Of a stretch of DNA of 46,608 nucleotides, positions 24,364-32,841 are shown piece by piece. Each line of letters begins with the position of its first letter. Within the stretch, counting starts at the first letter, position 1. This stretch comes from Deltaproteobacteria bacterium. Its GTDB lineage: Bacteria > Myxococcota > JACRCW01. The notes beneath the pieces are model-generated. The model saw nothing but the letters and a program-made list of their open reading frames with translations. It searched no databases and was not told the DNA's origin. A program made the translations under genes and the position numbers. The stretch is from the NCBI GenBank assembly GCA_016218805.1, contig JACRCW010000023.1, positions 1-46,608 on the forward strand, given 5' to 3'.

Positions 24364-24927
24364 TCAGAACGGCGCGAACACCGGCCCCAACGGGATGCTG
24401 ATGCGCCCGTCAAACGAGGGCGACACCAGCGTGTCGTCACGGCGGTACAGCGCGAGCGTCCGGTAGAGTCCGGCGTCCAGCCGCAGCATCTCCACGGTTC
24501 CCGCGCGCGGGTCCACCAGCCAGTACTCCGGCACGCCGTGGCGTTCATACGTGCCGCGCTTGAGCACCTGGTCATAGGCGGGGTTGGACGAGAGGATTTC
24601 CACGATGATGTCGGGGCTGCCTTCAATCCCCCGGTCTGACACCTGCCGGCGGTGTTGCATGGAGATGACCGCCAGGTCCGGCTGCACCGTGGTGGTTTCC
24701 GAGAGGATGACGTCCGTGGGCGCGTTGAACACCGCGGCGATGCCGGGTTCCTCCAGCAGCAGCATCAAGCGGAGTTGCAGGCGCCGGGAGACCGTCTGGT
24801 GGAACGGCACGGGGGCGGGGTTCACGTGAAAGTCTCCGTCGACAAGTTCCCAGACGCGCCCGTCTGAGGGGAGCAGCGCGTACTCCACGTACGTGAAAGG
24901 CCGGGGCTTGACGACCGCGCTCACCAT
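24364..24927 (-). CDS. Uma2 (DUF820) family PD-(D/E)xK endonuclease
   Basis: WELVDG, P...HQ, VQPDL, PDIIVEILS, K...YERHGVPEYWLVDP. Confidence 0.92.
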   Translation of the reverse strand: MVSAVVKPRPFTYVEYALLPSDGRVWELVDGDFHVNPAPVPFHQTVSRRLQLRLMLLLEEPGIAAVFNAPTDVILSETTTVQPDLAVISMQHRRQVSDRGIEGSPDIIVEILSSNPAYDQVLKRGTYERHGVPEYWLVDPRAGTVEMLRLDAGLYRTLALYRRDDTLVSPSFDGRISIPLGPVFAPF

Positions 24928-24968
24928 GGACGCACGCTAGTGATTCGGCCGGACGGCGTCCACCTGGC

Positions 24969-25589
24969 TCAGGCGTCCACCACCACGGCGGCCGGCCCGC
25001 GCCGGTAGTCCAGGTCCACCATGCATGCGTTGATGAACTTGGTCCCGCCTTCCTGGGACACGCCCTGCCCTTCATGCACGTGACCAAACACGTGATAGCG
25101 CGGCTTCACGCGACGCACGGCCTCCATGAGGTCCTCATCACCCACGTGCTCGCCCAGCAGCGTGGTGTCACCGTGGCCGTGCGGCGGCCCGTGCGTGAGC
25201 AGGATGTCAATGCCGTCCGGAATGTGCGCCCACTTTTCCCGCAGTTCCTCTCCGCGCTGCAGGTTGAACGCCCACCCGCCAAACCACGGCTGCCAAGGAC
25301 TCCCCCAGATGCGCAGCCCCGCCACGGTGCACCCGTCATCCTCCAGGTACGTGGCGTGGGTGATGATGGCGCGCGCCTGACGGTTGTTGCGCTGGAACAA
25401 CCAGTCATGGTTTCCGGCAATGAACACCTTGTGTGGATGTGGGAGGCGGCCCAGGGCGGTGTTGAAATGCTCCAGTTCCTCCGCTTTGCCCGCCATGGTG
25501 GCGTCGCCGGCGTGCAGCAGCACGTCCCCGTCAGGGATCTCCATCCGCTCCAGCCGGTTGTGCGTATCGGAAATGCAGACAATCCGCAT
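24969..25589 (-). CDS. Metallophosphoesterase (MPPED/239FB-like)
   Basis: ISDTH, HAGD, AGNHD, WGSPWQP, THGPP, FGHVHE. Confidence 0.9.
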   Translation of the reverse strand: MRIVCISDTHNRLERMEIPDGDVLLHAGDATMAGKAEELEHFNTALGRLPHPHKVFIAGNHDWLFQRNNRQARAIITHATYLEDDGCTVAGLRIWGSPWQPWFGGWAFNLQRGEELREKWAHIPDGIDILLTHGPPHGHGDTTLLGEHVGDEDLMEAVRRVKPRYHVFGHVHEGQGVSQEGGTKFINACMVDLDYRRGPAAVVVDA

Positions 25590-25595
25590 GGGGGC

Positions 25596-27317
25596 TCAAC
25601 TCCCCGCCACGGGCGGCGCGTAACGGGCGCGCAGCTCCTTCTTCACGATCTTGCCCGTATTGTTGCGCGGCAGGTCGTCCACGATCTCCCAGCGCTTGGG
25701 AACCTTGAATCCGGCCAATTCCGCACGGGCGAACTTCTCCACGTCCGCAACGTCAAACCCCGCGCGGTGGCGCGGGACCACCAGCGCCAGCAGCTTTTCG
25801 CCCCATTCCGGGTCCGGGATGCCAATGACGGCGGCCTCTGAGACGGCGGGGTGCCGGCTGAGGACTTCTTCAATCTCCACCGGGTAGATGTTGACGCCGC
25901 CGCTCTTCACCATGTCACGGTCACGCCCCGCCAGGAACAGGAATCCCTCGGAATCCATCCGTCCCAGGTCCTCCACCGTCATCCACCCGTCACGCATGGA
26001 GGCCTGCGTGGCCTCGTCGTCGTGCAGATAGCCGCCCATGGTCTGCGCGTTGCGGACGTAGATGAGGCCCACGTCCCCGGGGGGCAGCTCCTGGCCGTCC
26101 CGGTCCATGATCTTCACCTGCTGCCCCGCCATCACGGTGCCCACGCTGCCGGGCTTGCGCAGCATGTCCGGTCCGCTGATGAACGTGATCCAGCCCAGCT
26201 CGGTGGCACCGTAGAAGTCGTGGATGGCCTCCGCACCAAACCGCTGCGCCGCCTCCACGCGCAGCGCGTGGGGAAACTCCGCCGCACCGCTGACAATTCC
26301 GCGTATTTCCCGCGTGGGATTGGCGCGGAATTCCTCATCCGGCAGCTGCAGGATCTTCCGCAGCATGGTGGGGACAATGAACATGGAGTGGATGGCGTGC
26401 CGGGACAGGGCACGCAGCGCGTCCAGCGGCTCAAAGTGCGGGCGCAGGTAGGTGGACGCGCCCAGCGCGGCCATCAGCAGTGAAAAGACCTGACCACCGG
26501 AATGGTACAGCGGCGCCACCACGAGGTGGCGCTCTCCAACGCGGAACGGCAGCCGTTCCAGCAGCCGCGCCAGCTCCACCACGCCGTAGGACGCAAAGTC
26601 CCGCATGGCACCCTTGGGTTTCCCCGTGGTGCCGGAGGTGTACACAATGTTCTGCGCCTGCTGGTCCACGGCGGGCGGTTCGGGGAACTGCAGTGCGCCG
26701 GTGGCCACCAGCTGGTCATACGGCAGCAGCGGACTGGCGGTCTGTTCCCCGCCCACCACCACAATGCGCAGCCCCAGCTCCGGACGGTCCACGCGCACCT
26801 TGTCCGCCACGGGCAACGTGGAGGGGCTTACCACGACGACGCGCGTCCCGCTGTGGCGCACCAGGTATTCCAGTTCCGCGGCCGTGAGCCGGTAGCTGGC
26901 GTGCACCGCCCGCGCCGAAATGCGCGACAGCGCAAACCACGTGACCAGGTATTCCGCGCAGTTCTCCATCATCAGGATGACCGGTGTTCCCGGCGTCACC
27001 TCCAGCGACGAGCGCAGCGCGTTGCCCACGCGGTTCATCTCCTGGTTGGCCTCCGCGTAGGTCAGCGAACGCCGGTCATCCGCGACGCACAGGCGTTGCG
27101 GCTGGTTGATGGCGTGCAGCTCATGGATGGTGCGGTTGCGCAGGCCGTGTTCATAGGCGGCCAGCAGCATCCCGGGGACGCTGCGGACGTGCAGGTCACC
27201 CACAAACCCGCGGCCCAGCGCCACCCGCACCACGCGGCGGGCACGCGCGGACAGCGGGTCCACGGGATGGGTCAACGCTTCATACGCCCGGCTGATGAGT
27301 CCGCGTTCCGCCGCCAT
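25596..27317 (-). CDS. AMP-binding acyl-CoA synthetase
   Basis: YTSGTTGKPKG, PLYHSG, FYGATE, GRDRDMVKSGGVNIYPVEIE, LPRNNTGKI. Confidence 0.93.
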   Translation of the reverse strand: MAAERGLISRAYEALTHPVDPLSARARRVVRVALGRGFVGDLHVRSVPGMLLAAYEHGLRNRTIHELHAINQPQRLCVADDRRSLTYAEANQEMNRVGNALRSSLEVTPGTPVILMMENCAEYLVTWFALSRISARAVHASYRLTAAELEYLVRHSGTRVVVVSPSTLPVADKVRVDRPELGLRIVVVGGEQTASPLLPYDQLVATGALQFPEPPAVDQQAQNIVYTSGTTGKPKGAMRDFASYGVVELARLLERLPFRVGERHLVVAPLYHSGGQVFSLLMAALGASTYLRPHFEPLDALRALSRHAIHSMFIVPTMLRKILQLPDEEFRANPTREIRGIVSGAAEFPHALRVEAAQRFGAEAIHDFYGATELGWITFISGPDMLRKPGSVGTVMAGQQVKIMDRDGQELPPGDVGLIYVRNAQTMGGYLHDDEATQASMRDGWMTVEDLGRMDSEGFLFLAGRDRDMVKSGGVNIYPVEIEEVLSRHPAVSEAAVIGIPDPEWGEKLLALVVPRHRAGFDVADVEKFARAELAGFKVPKRWEIVDDLPRNNTGKIVKKELRARYAPPVAGS

Positions 27318-27388
27318 GTCCGCAGGGATATGGCCAAGGACGGGCCGCGGGGCAAGGGCTTGGCGGTACGTTGAGACCCGGTGCGCCG

Positions 27389-28075
27389 TCAGCGCTGCCC
27401 CAGTCTCCGCCTTGGGGGGGCCAACAGTTCCTCCGCGTCACGCCCGAACGCCGGCGCCAACCGCCGGATGGCAAACGCAAGAAACTCCGTGAATTCCTTC
27501 TGGCCGCCATCCGCCGCCACCCACGCGTCCACCAGGCGCTTCTCTTCGCGGAGGTCCTTGTCAAACTGCGCCACGTCACGCGCCACGCGCTTCTCCAGGG
27601 CATCCGTGCGCACCCAGCCAATGGGGCACAACCGCTGGCTCCCCGTCTGCATTTCCCGCCGTCCCATGACGACGTGAAACGGGAACATGCGGCACGGACC
27701 CGGGCGCAGCCCGTGGATGGAACAGCGCCCGCGCCCGCCCACGTGGAACAGGAACAGGCAGCCGGTGCCCGGAGTGACCTTCAGCTGGAAGACCACCGGC
27801 CCGTCACGCAAGGGGACCCGCGGCCGGTAGTCCGTGTGCTCCGGTCCCACGCGTGACACGTCCACCACGTCCTCAAAGCGCAACGTGAGCGTGAGGACAA
27901 TCCGCAGCGCTTCCACGGTGGTGACGCGGATCTGCGCCATGCAGCAGTTGCCCGGGCAGGTCACGCACGGGTCGGTGCTGGCCTCCAGCGGCTGGAGAAA
28001 GCGCGGCATTCGGCGCAGGCGCGCCCATTCCGCCTCATCAATCATGTCCAGGATGCGCAACCGGGGGGACGCCAT
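27389..28075 (-). CDS. YkgJ family Cys-cluster (Zn/Fe-chelating) protein
   Basis: CVTCPGNCC, CLFL, CSIHGLRPGPCRMFPF. Confidence 0.85.
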   Translation of the reverse strand: MASPRLRILDMIDEAEWARLRRMPRFLQPLEASTDPCVTCPGNCCMAQIRVTTVEALRIVLTLTLRFEDVVDVSRVGPEHTDYRPRVPLRDGPVVFQLKVTPGTGCLFLFHVGGRGRCSIHGLRPGPCRMFPFHVVMGRREMQTGSQRLCPIGWVRTDALEKRVARDVAQFDKDLREEKRLVDAWVAADGGQKEFTEFLAFAIRRLAPAFGRDAEELLAPPRRRLGQR

Positions 28076-28085
28076 GCACGCTCCT

Positions 28086-29588
28086 TCAGCCCGCCATGCC
28101 GCGCGCCAACAGCGTGGACAGCGCCAGGATGCTGGTCTGCGGGTTCACCCCGGTGTTGGACGGGAAAACGGAGGAATCCACCACATGCAGCGCGGCCACG
28201 TGGTGGTGCGCACCGCGCAGATCCACCACGGAGCGCGCCCGGTCCGCCCCCATGCGGCAGGTGCCGAACATGTGCGTCACCGCCATGGGGTAGGCGCGCC
28301 CATCCAGCGGTCCCTCCTCTTCAAAACGCGCCATCACGGCGCGGTCGGCCACCTCGGCGTGCCAGCCGTGCACCCCGGGCGTCACCTTCTGGGCACCCGC
28401 GGCCAGCATCATCTCGCCCATGATGCGCACTCCGCGCCGCACCTTGGCCACGTCGTCACGGTGCAGGTCCATGGTGACGGACGCGCGGCCGCCCCAGCCC
28501 GGCTTGACGCGGCCGCGTGCCGCGGCCCGCACGGCCACGCCCCAGTTCACCGCGTGCGCCATGCGCTCCAAACCGGCGGAGAACGCGGACCCCACGCCCT
28601 TGATGCGTGACGCCACCATGGCCAGGTCAAAACCCAGCACCTCAAACTTGAGCCCCTCCTGGCGCAGGCCAATGACTTCATGGCCCTGCGTGGCGCCGGT
28701 CCACATGCAAACCGGTTCCTTCCAGAACCCCGTCACGGACGCGCCCGGATGGCACTGGAATCCCTGGCCGACGGGACCGTGCCGGATGCCGCTGCGCTGC
28801 AGCAATGCGGGCGTTTGCACCGCGCTGGCCGCAAGGACCACCCCGCGTTTTGCACGGATTTGCACGGTGGCGCCGCCTGCTGATTTCCCGGTGATTCCGG
28901 TGGCGCGTTCGCCGGCCACGTCCACCCCCGTCACGGTGACGGAGTGCAGGATCACCGCTCCAGCGGCGCTGGCGTCCACCAGGTAGCTGCGCTCCATGCT
29001 CAACTTGTGTCCCTCCGGGCACCCCTGCAGGCAGCGCCCCAGCCCGCGGCATCCGCGCACATTCCGCGAAATGGGCCGGTGCTCCAGGCCCAGCGCCTCC
29101 GCGCCCCGGTGCATCAGCAGGTTCTTCGGCCCGGCAATGTCGTCAGCCGTGGGGGCAATGTTCAGGTCGCGCTCCACTTCATCCGTCACCGCCTCCAGCG
29201 CGGTCCACGGGACGGCGTCCGCCAACGCCGCATCACCGGCCACCCACCCGTCATAGACGCTGCGCGGGAGGCGCCAGGAAATGGAGCCGTTGATGACGCT
29301 GGTCCCGCCCACCACGCGTCCCTGGATGTACGGCATGGGGACCCGGCCCATCAGCACGGACGCGCCCATCTCACGGTACATGAGTGCCATGGCGCCAAAC
29401 GCGTCCTCCGGGAAATGCTCCGGCGGAACGTACGGTCCCTCCTCCACGACGATGACCCGCGCCCCGCCACGCGCGAGCACGCGCGCTGCCGCGGCGCCGG
29501 CGGGCCCGCTGCCCACCACAACGAAATCACACTCCGCGTGGTGCGGCGCGCGGATGGCGGTGCCGTCCTCCAGTTTCAGGGCATTCAC
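28086..29588 (-). CDS. GMC family FAD oxidoreductase
   Basis: VVVGSGPAG, GRVVGGTSVIN, CRGLGRCLQGC, HMFGTCRMG, NPQ; GTG start overlaps the upstream stop (GTGA). Confidence 0.92.
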   Translation of the reverse strand: MNALKLEDGTAIRAPHHAECDFVVVGSGPAGAAAARVLARGGARVIVVEEGPYVPPEHFPEDAFGAMALMYREMGASVLMGRVPMPYIQGRVVGGTSVINGSISWRLPRSVYDGWVAGDAALADAVPWTALEAVTDEVERDLNIAPTADDIAGPKNLLMHRGAEALGLEHRPISRNVRGCRGLGRCLQGCPEGHKLSMERSYLVDASAAGAVILHSVTVTGVDVAGERATGITGKSAGGATVQIRAKRGVVLAASAVQTPALLQRSGIRHGPVGQGFQCHPGASVTGFWKEPVCMWTGATQGHEVIGLRQEGLKFEVLGFDLAMVASRIKGVGSAFSAGLERMAHAVNWGVAVRAAARGRVKPGWGGRASVTMDLHRDDVAKVRRGVRIMGEMMLAAGAQKVTPGVHGWHAEVADRAVMARFEEEGPLDGRAYPMAVTHMFGTCRMGADRARSVVDLRGAHHHVAALHVVDSSVFPSNTGVNPQTSILALSTLLARGMAG

Positions 29589-29962
29589 GGGGATGGTCCC
29601 CCCAATGCGCGGCGTACCGCCGGGTCCCCAAAGTAACCAAGACACGCCACCAGCTTCAGCGTCTCAACCATCTGCCGCGCCAGGTACTGGTCGGACGCCA
29701 GCGCCGCGCGCAGCCACGCATCACGTCGTTCCGTGGCCAGCGACGGGAACGGCCGCAGGTCCGTGAACAGCGGCAGCCAGGTGAACAACCACACGGTGGT
29801 GCGCAGCCCCAGCGCCAGCAGCGGCGGCGCAGCGGTGGCGAAGCGTTCCCAGAACGCGTCCGTCTCCGCGCCGGCCCACCCCGGGTGACCGTGTCCGGCC
29901 GGAAGCGCCGCGTTGAACAGCGCGTCCCTCCAGCGTCTCTCCATGGCGGTCCAGTGGCGCAC
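29585..29962 (-). CDS. Small helical partner of the GMC oxidoreductase (gluconate 2-dehydrogenase subunit 3-like)
   Basis: FPSLATERRDAWL and LKLVACLGYFGDPAVRRALG; translationally coupled to the GMC gene. Confidence 0.7.
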   Translation of the reverse strand: MRHWTAMERRWRDALFNAALPAGHGHPGWAGAETDAFWERFATAAPPLLALGLRTTVWLFTWLPLFTDLRPFPSLATERRDAWLRAALASDQYLARQMVETLKLVACLGYFGDPAVRRALGGPSP

Positions 29963-29964
29963 GG

Positions 29965-32841
29965 TCAGATCTCCACGTTGATTCCCAGCACGGGCAACAG
30001 CGGAATGCGGGGAATGTCTCCGTCATCCGCCTTGGAGTTGTACACGTTCAGCACGTCCAGTGAGATGCCCATCAGCCACAGGTCAAACGTCATTTTGTAG
30101 TCCACCCGCACGTCCAGCTGGTGCCACGTTGAGAAACGCCGGACAAACAGCGGTTCGGGCGGCCGCTGGCCTTCCTCCTCCGGGGCCACGGGCTGCGCAA
30201 TCTGGAAGTAGTTCTCCGGGTTTCCCGTCACGTACCGGAAGCGCCACCCGACGGAAACATCCCCCGCCAGGATGGCCCACCCCATGTTGGCCAGCCAGTT
30301 GCGGGGCAGACGCCCACTGCGGGACCACTCGCGGAAAGGGAAATGCCAGGGAATCCGGTATTGACCCACAAACGTGAGAATGTGCGTCTGGTCAAAGTTG
30401 AACATGCGCCAGACGTCGTCAGGCGGACGGTTCACTTCCGACTTGGAGAGCGTGTAGGCAATCCACGCGTAGAAGTGCTTGGTGATCTCATGGCGCAGCA
30501 GGAAATCCACCCCGTACACGCGCCCGATGCTCGCGTTGTCAAAGATCGTCTGGAACAGTGGCAGCCCCACGTCAACATCCACGTTGATGGGTAACGCGTG
30601 GAGCTGCACCAGGTCATCCCGGAAGTTGAGGAACCCGTTGATGGCCACGGTCATCCACGGCGTGAGGCGCTGCTCAAAGCCCACCGTGTTCTGGAAGGAG
30701 CGCTCCGGCAACAGCGCGGGGTTGCCCACGTAGAAGCTGGTCTCGTAGGCGCGTGGCGCCTGGTAGTAGACGCCGGAAGTGGCCTTGAGAATGGTGCCGT
30801 CAAACGGCTCCCAGCGGCCCGTGAACCGCGGCGTGGGCGCCGCCATCCGCGTGTCCCGCGAATACAGGAAATAGTCCCAGCGGAAGCCGGGAATGAGCAG
30901 CAATCCGGGAAGCGGTTGAATCAGCACCTGCAGGTAAGGCGCCAGGTTCAGCGCACGGCGGTCCTCGCGCAGGACGTTGCGCGTGTGCCGCAGCGGCGTG
31001 GACGCGTCCACGGTTCCCTCGCGGCCCTGCTCCAGCGGGCCAATCTCATGCGTGCTCACCAGCAGCCTGGGCGCGTTCACCGCGTATTCAAAGCCCATGA
31101 GCAGCGACAGCCACTCCGCGTGGTCCCAGCGCAGCTCCTCGCGGATGCCAAAGACCGGGCCCGTGTTGTTGATGCCCGCCGCCGAAAGCTGGCGATGCGG
31201 AGGCGGCCGTCCGTCGGTGAAGTGCACGCCCAGGAACGCACTGTCCAGCCCGGTGTAGACCTGGAAATCGTTCCGCATGCGCGGGTGGATGTTCCAGCGC
31301 CAGCGTCCCAGCAGGCGGTGGAATTGCAGCTCAAAGCGGAACGTCCCCTGTCCACCCCCCGCGTCCTGCGGCAGGGTGATGAAGAACTTCACAAAGTCAT
31401 CGCTTCCAAACGCCAGCAGCGAAAAGTGGTGCGCTGCCACCGGGCGGTACTCCAGCTTGGCCTGGTAGTCCGAGTACACCGGCGCAAACCCGATAGAACC
31501 CCGCTGACCGGGGTTCACCACCTCCAGGGCCAGCGGAACAAACGCATCAAAATAGGACCGCCGCCCCGCAAACGCGAACGTGATGCGCCGGGGATCCGGT
31601 GCGTCCGGATTGCGGGCCTTTCCCCACGTGAGCCCGCACCCAAAGAAGAACCCGCTCTCCAGGAAGCTGATGTCCGCCACGCCGCGGCACCCGCGCAGGG
31701 ACAGCTTGCGGCTGCGCACGTCCACCACGCCGGCGGTGGCGCGGCCGTACTGCGGGCCGAATCCGCCCGGATAGACCTCAATGTTCTCCAGCAATTCCGG
31801 GTGAATCACACTGCGCAGCATGCCGAAATGGTAGAGTTGCGGGATTTGCACGCCGTCATAGTAGACCGCCGTGGAACGCGGCGGCGTCCCGCGCACCAGC
31901 AGGGCCCCCCCAAACAGCGTCCCCTGCCCCATGGACGGCAGCGCCTCAATCGCGCGGATGGGATCGCCAAACGTGCCCGGAACCCGGTTGACCTCGTCAC
32001 GGCTGAGCGAGATGCGCGTGACCTCCTTGGAGGGCCTCCGGTCCCGGATGACCGTCTCAAAGCGGTTGTAGGAGCGCCGCGGCAGGAAATACCGCGCTTC
32101 CACCGCCTCCCGCGCGCTGAACTCCTCCACCGTTGTCATCAACTCGTGTTCCGGGTGCGCAATGTGCACCATCCAGCGGCCGGCCGGCACCCCGCGCAGT
32201 TCAAACCGGCCGCCGTCATCCGCCGTGACGGCCAGGATGGTTCCATCGTCAAGGTGGACGGTGACCTCCGCCTCGGGGAGGACCTCCTTGGTTCCCGCCT
32301 CCCGCACCTGGCCCAGGAAGTTCAATGGCGGCGGGCCCGCCGCGCGCGCCGCCGCCTCCCGCTGGGATTCCGTGAAATCAAACCGCTGCCGGAACAACAC
32401 CGCGGCGGAAACCGGCACTCCGTCCGCCGTCCCCGGCTGGAAACCAAACGCCGCCGCCGCCCCCATGGCCGCGTAGTCCAGGTCCGCCCCGGCAGACTCC
32501 ACCACCTCCACGCGGCGCACCGCACCGTCCACGTCAACAGCGATGCGTAATACCACTGTCCCGCGGCGGCCTTCGCGCAGCGCTTGCGGCGGGTAGACCG
32601 GGTCCGCCTTGCGCAAGATCACCGGTGCCCGCACCTCCCGCGGCGGCGGCTCCTCCCCCTCCTCCTGCGCGCGCTGCTTCTCAAAATCCGGCTGTTCCTC
32701 AAACTGCGCATACGCGGCGGGACCGCGCAGCAGCGTGAACAACACCACCCACCTGCCCACCCCCCACCCGCCTCGGCGCTGCGCGCCTCGGCGACCTCCC
32801 CCACAAGGGGGGAGGCGACGGTGGTGCGCGCGAAGGATCAT
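29965..32841 (-). CDS. TonB-dependent receptor with N-terminal TonB C-terminal domain and carboxypeptidase-regulatory-like domain
   Basis: PVYPPQA...GTVVLRIAVDVDGAV...FQPG (TonB-C); plug VPGTFGDPIRAIEALP, LYHFG, YPGGFGPQYGRATAGVV; barrel strands to LDVRVDY...LNVYN. Start is ATG 32841 or GTG 32760. Confidence 0.92.
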   Translation of the reverse strand: MILRAHHRRLPPCGGGRRGAQRRGGWGVGRWVVLFTLLRGPAAYAQFEEQPDFEKQRAQEEGEEPPPREVRAPVILRKADPVYPPQALREGRRGTVVLRIAVDVDGAVRRVEVVESAGADLDYAAMGAAAAFGFQPGTADGVPVSAAVLFRQRFDFTESQREAAARAAGPPPLNFLGQVREAGTKEVLPEAEVTVHLDDGTILAVTADDGGRFELRGVPAGRWMVHIAHPEHELMTTVEEFSAREAVEARYFLPRRSYNRFETVIRDRRPSKEVTRISLSRDEVNRVPGTFGDPIRAIEALPSMGQGTLFGGALLVRGTPPRSTAVYYDGVQIPQLYHFGMLRSVIHPELLENIEVYPGGFGPQYGRATAGVVDVRSRKLSLRGCRGVADISFLESGFFFGCGLTWGKARNPDAPDPRRITFAFAGRRSYFDAFVPLALEVVNPGQRGSIGFAPVYSDYQAKLEYRPVAAHHFSLLAFGSDDFVKFFITLPQDAGGGQGTFRFELQFHRLLGRWRWNIHPRMRNDFQVYTGLDSAFLGVHFTDGRPPPHRQLSAAGINNTGPVFGIREELRWDHAEWLSLLMGFEYAVNAPRLLVSTHEIGPLEQGREGTVDASTPLRHTRNVLREDRRALNLAPYLQVLIQPLPGLLLIPGFRWDYFLYSRDTRMAAPTPRFTGRWEPFDGTILKATSGVYYQAPRAYETSFYVGNPALLPERSFQNTVGFEQRLTPWMTVAINGFLNFRDDLVQLHALPINVDVDVGLPLFQTIFDNASIGRVYGVDFLLRHEITKHFYAWIAYTLSKSEVNRPPDDVWRMFNFDQTHILTFVGQYRIPWHFPFREWSRSGRLPRNWLANMGWAILAGDVSVGWRFRYVTGNPENYFQIAQPVAPEEEGQRPPEPLFVRRFSTWHQLDVRVDYKMTFDLWLMGISLDVLNVYNSKADDGDIPRIPLLPVLGINVEI
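32756..32821 (+). repeat. Single family-1 REP-like unit overlapping the receptor 5' end
   Basis: CCCACCCCCCACCCGCC...GGCGACCTCCCCCACAAGGGGGGAGGCGACGG aligns with the reverse complement of about 19354-19420. Confidence 0.85.

Noticed and set aside
24364..24927. Uma2 nuclease as a defence system or as mobiliser of the repeats
   Set aside because: Stand-alone Uma2 genes are common; there are no flanking repeats, methylase or defence partners.
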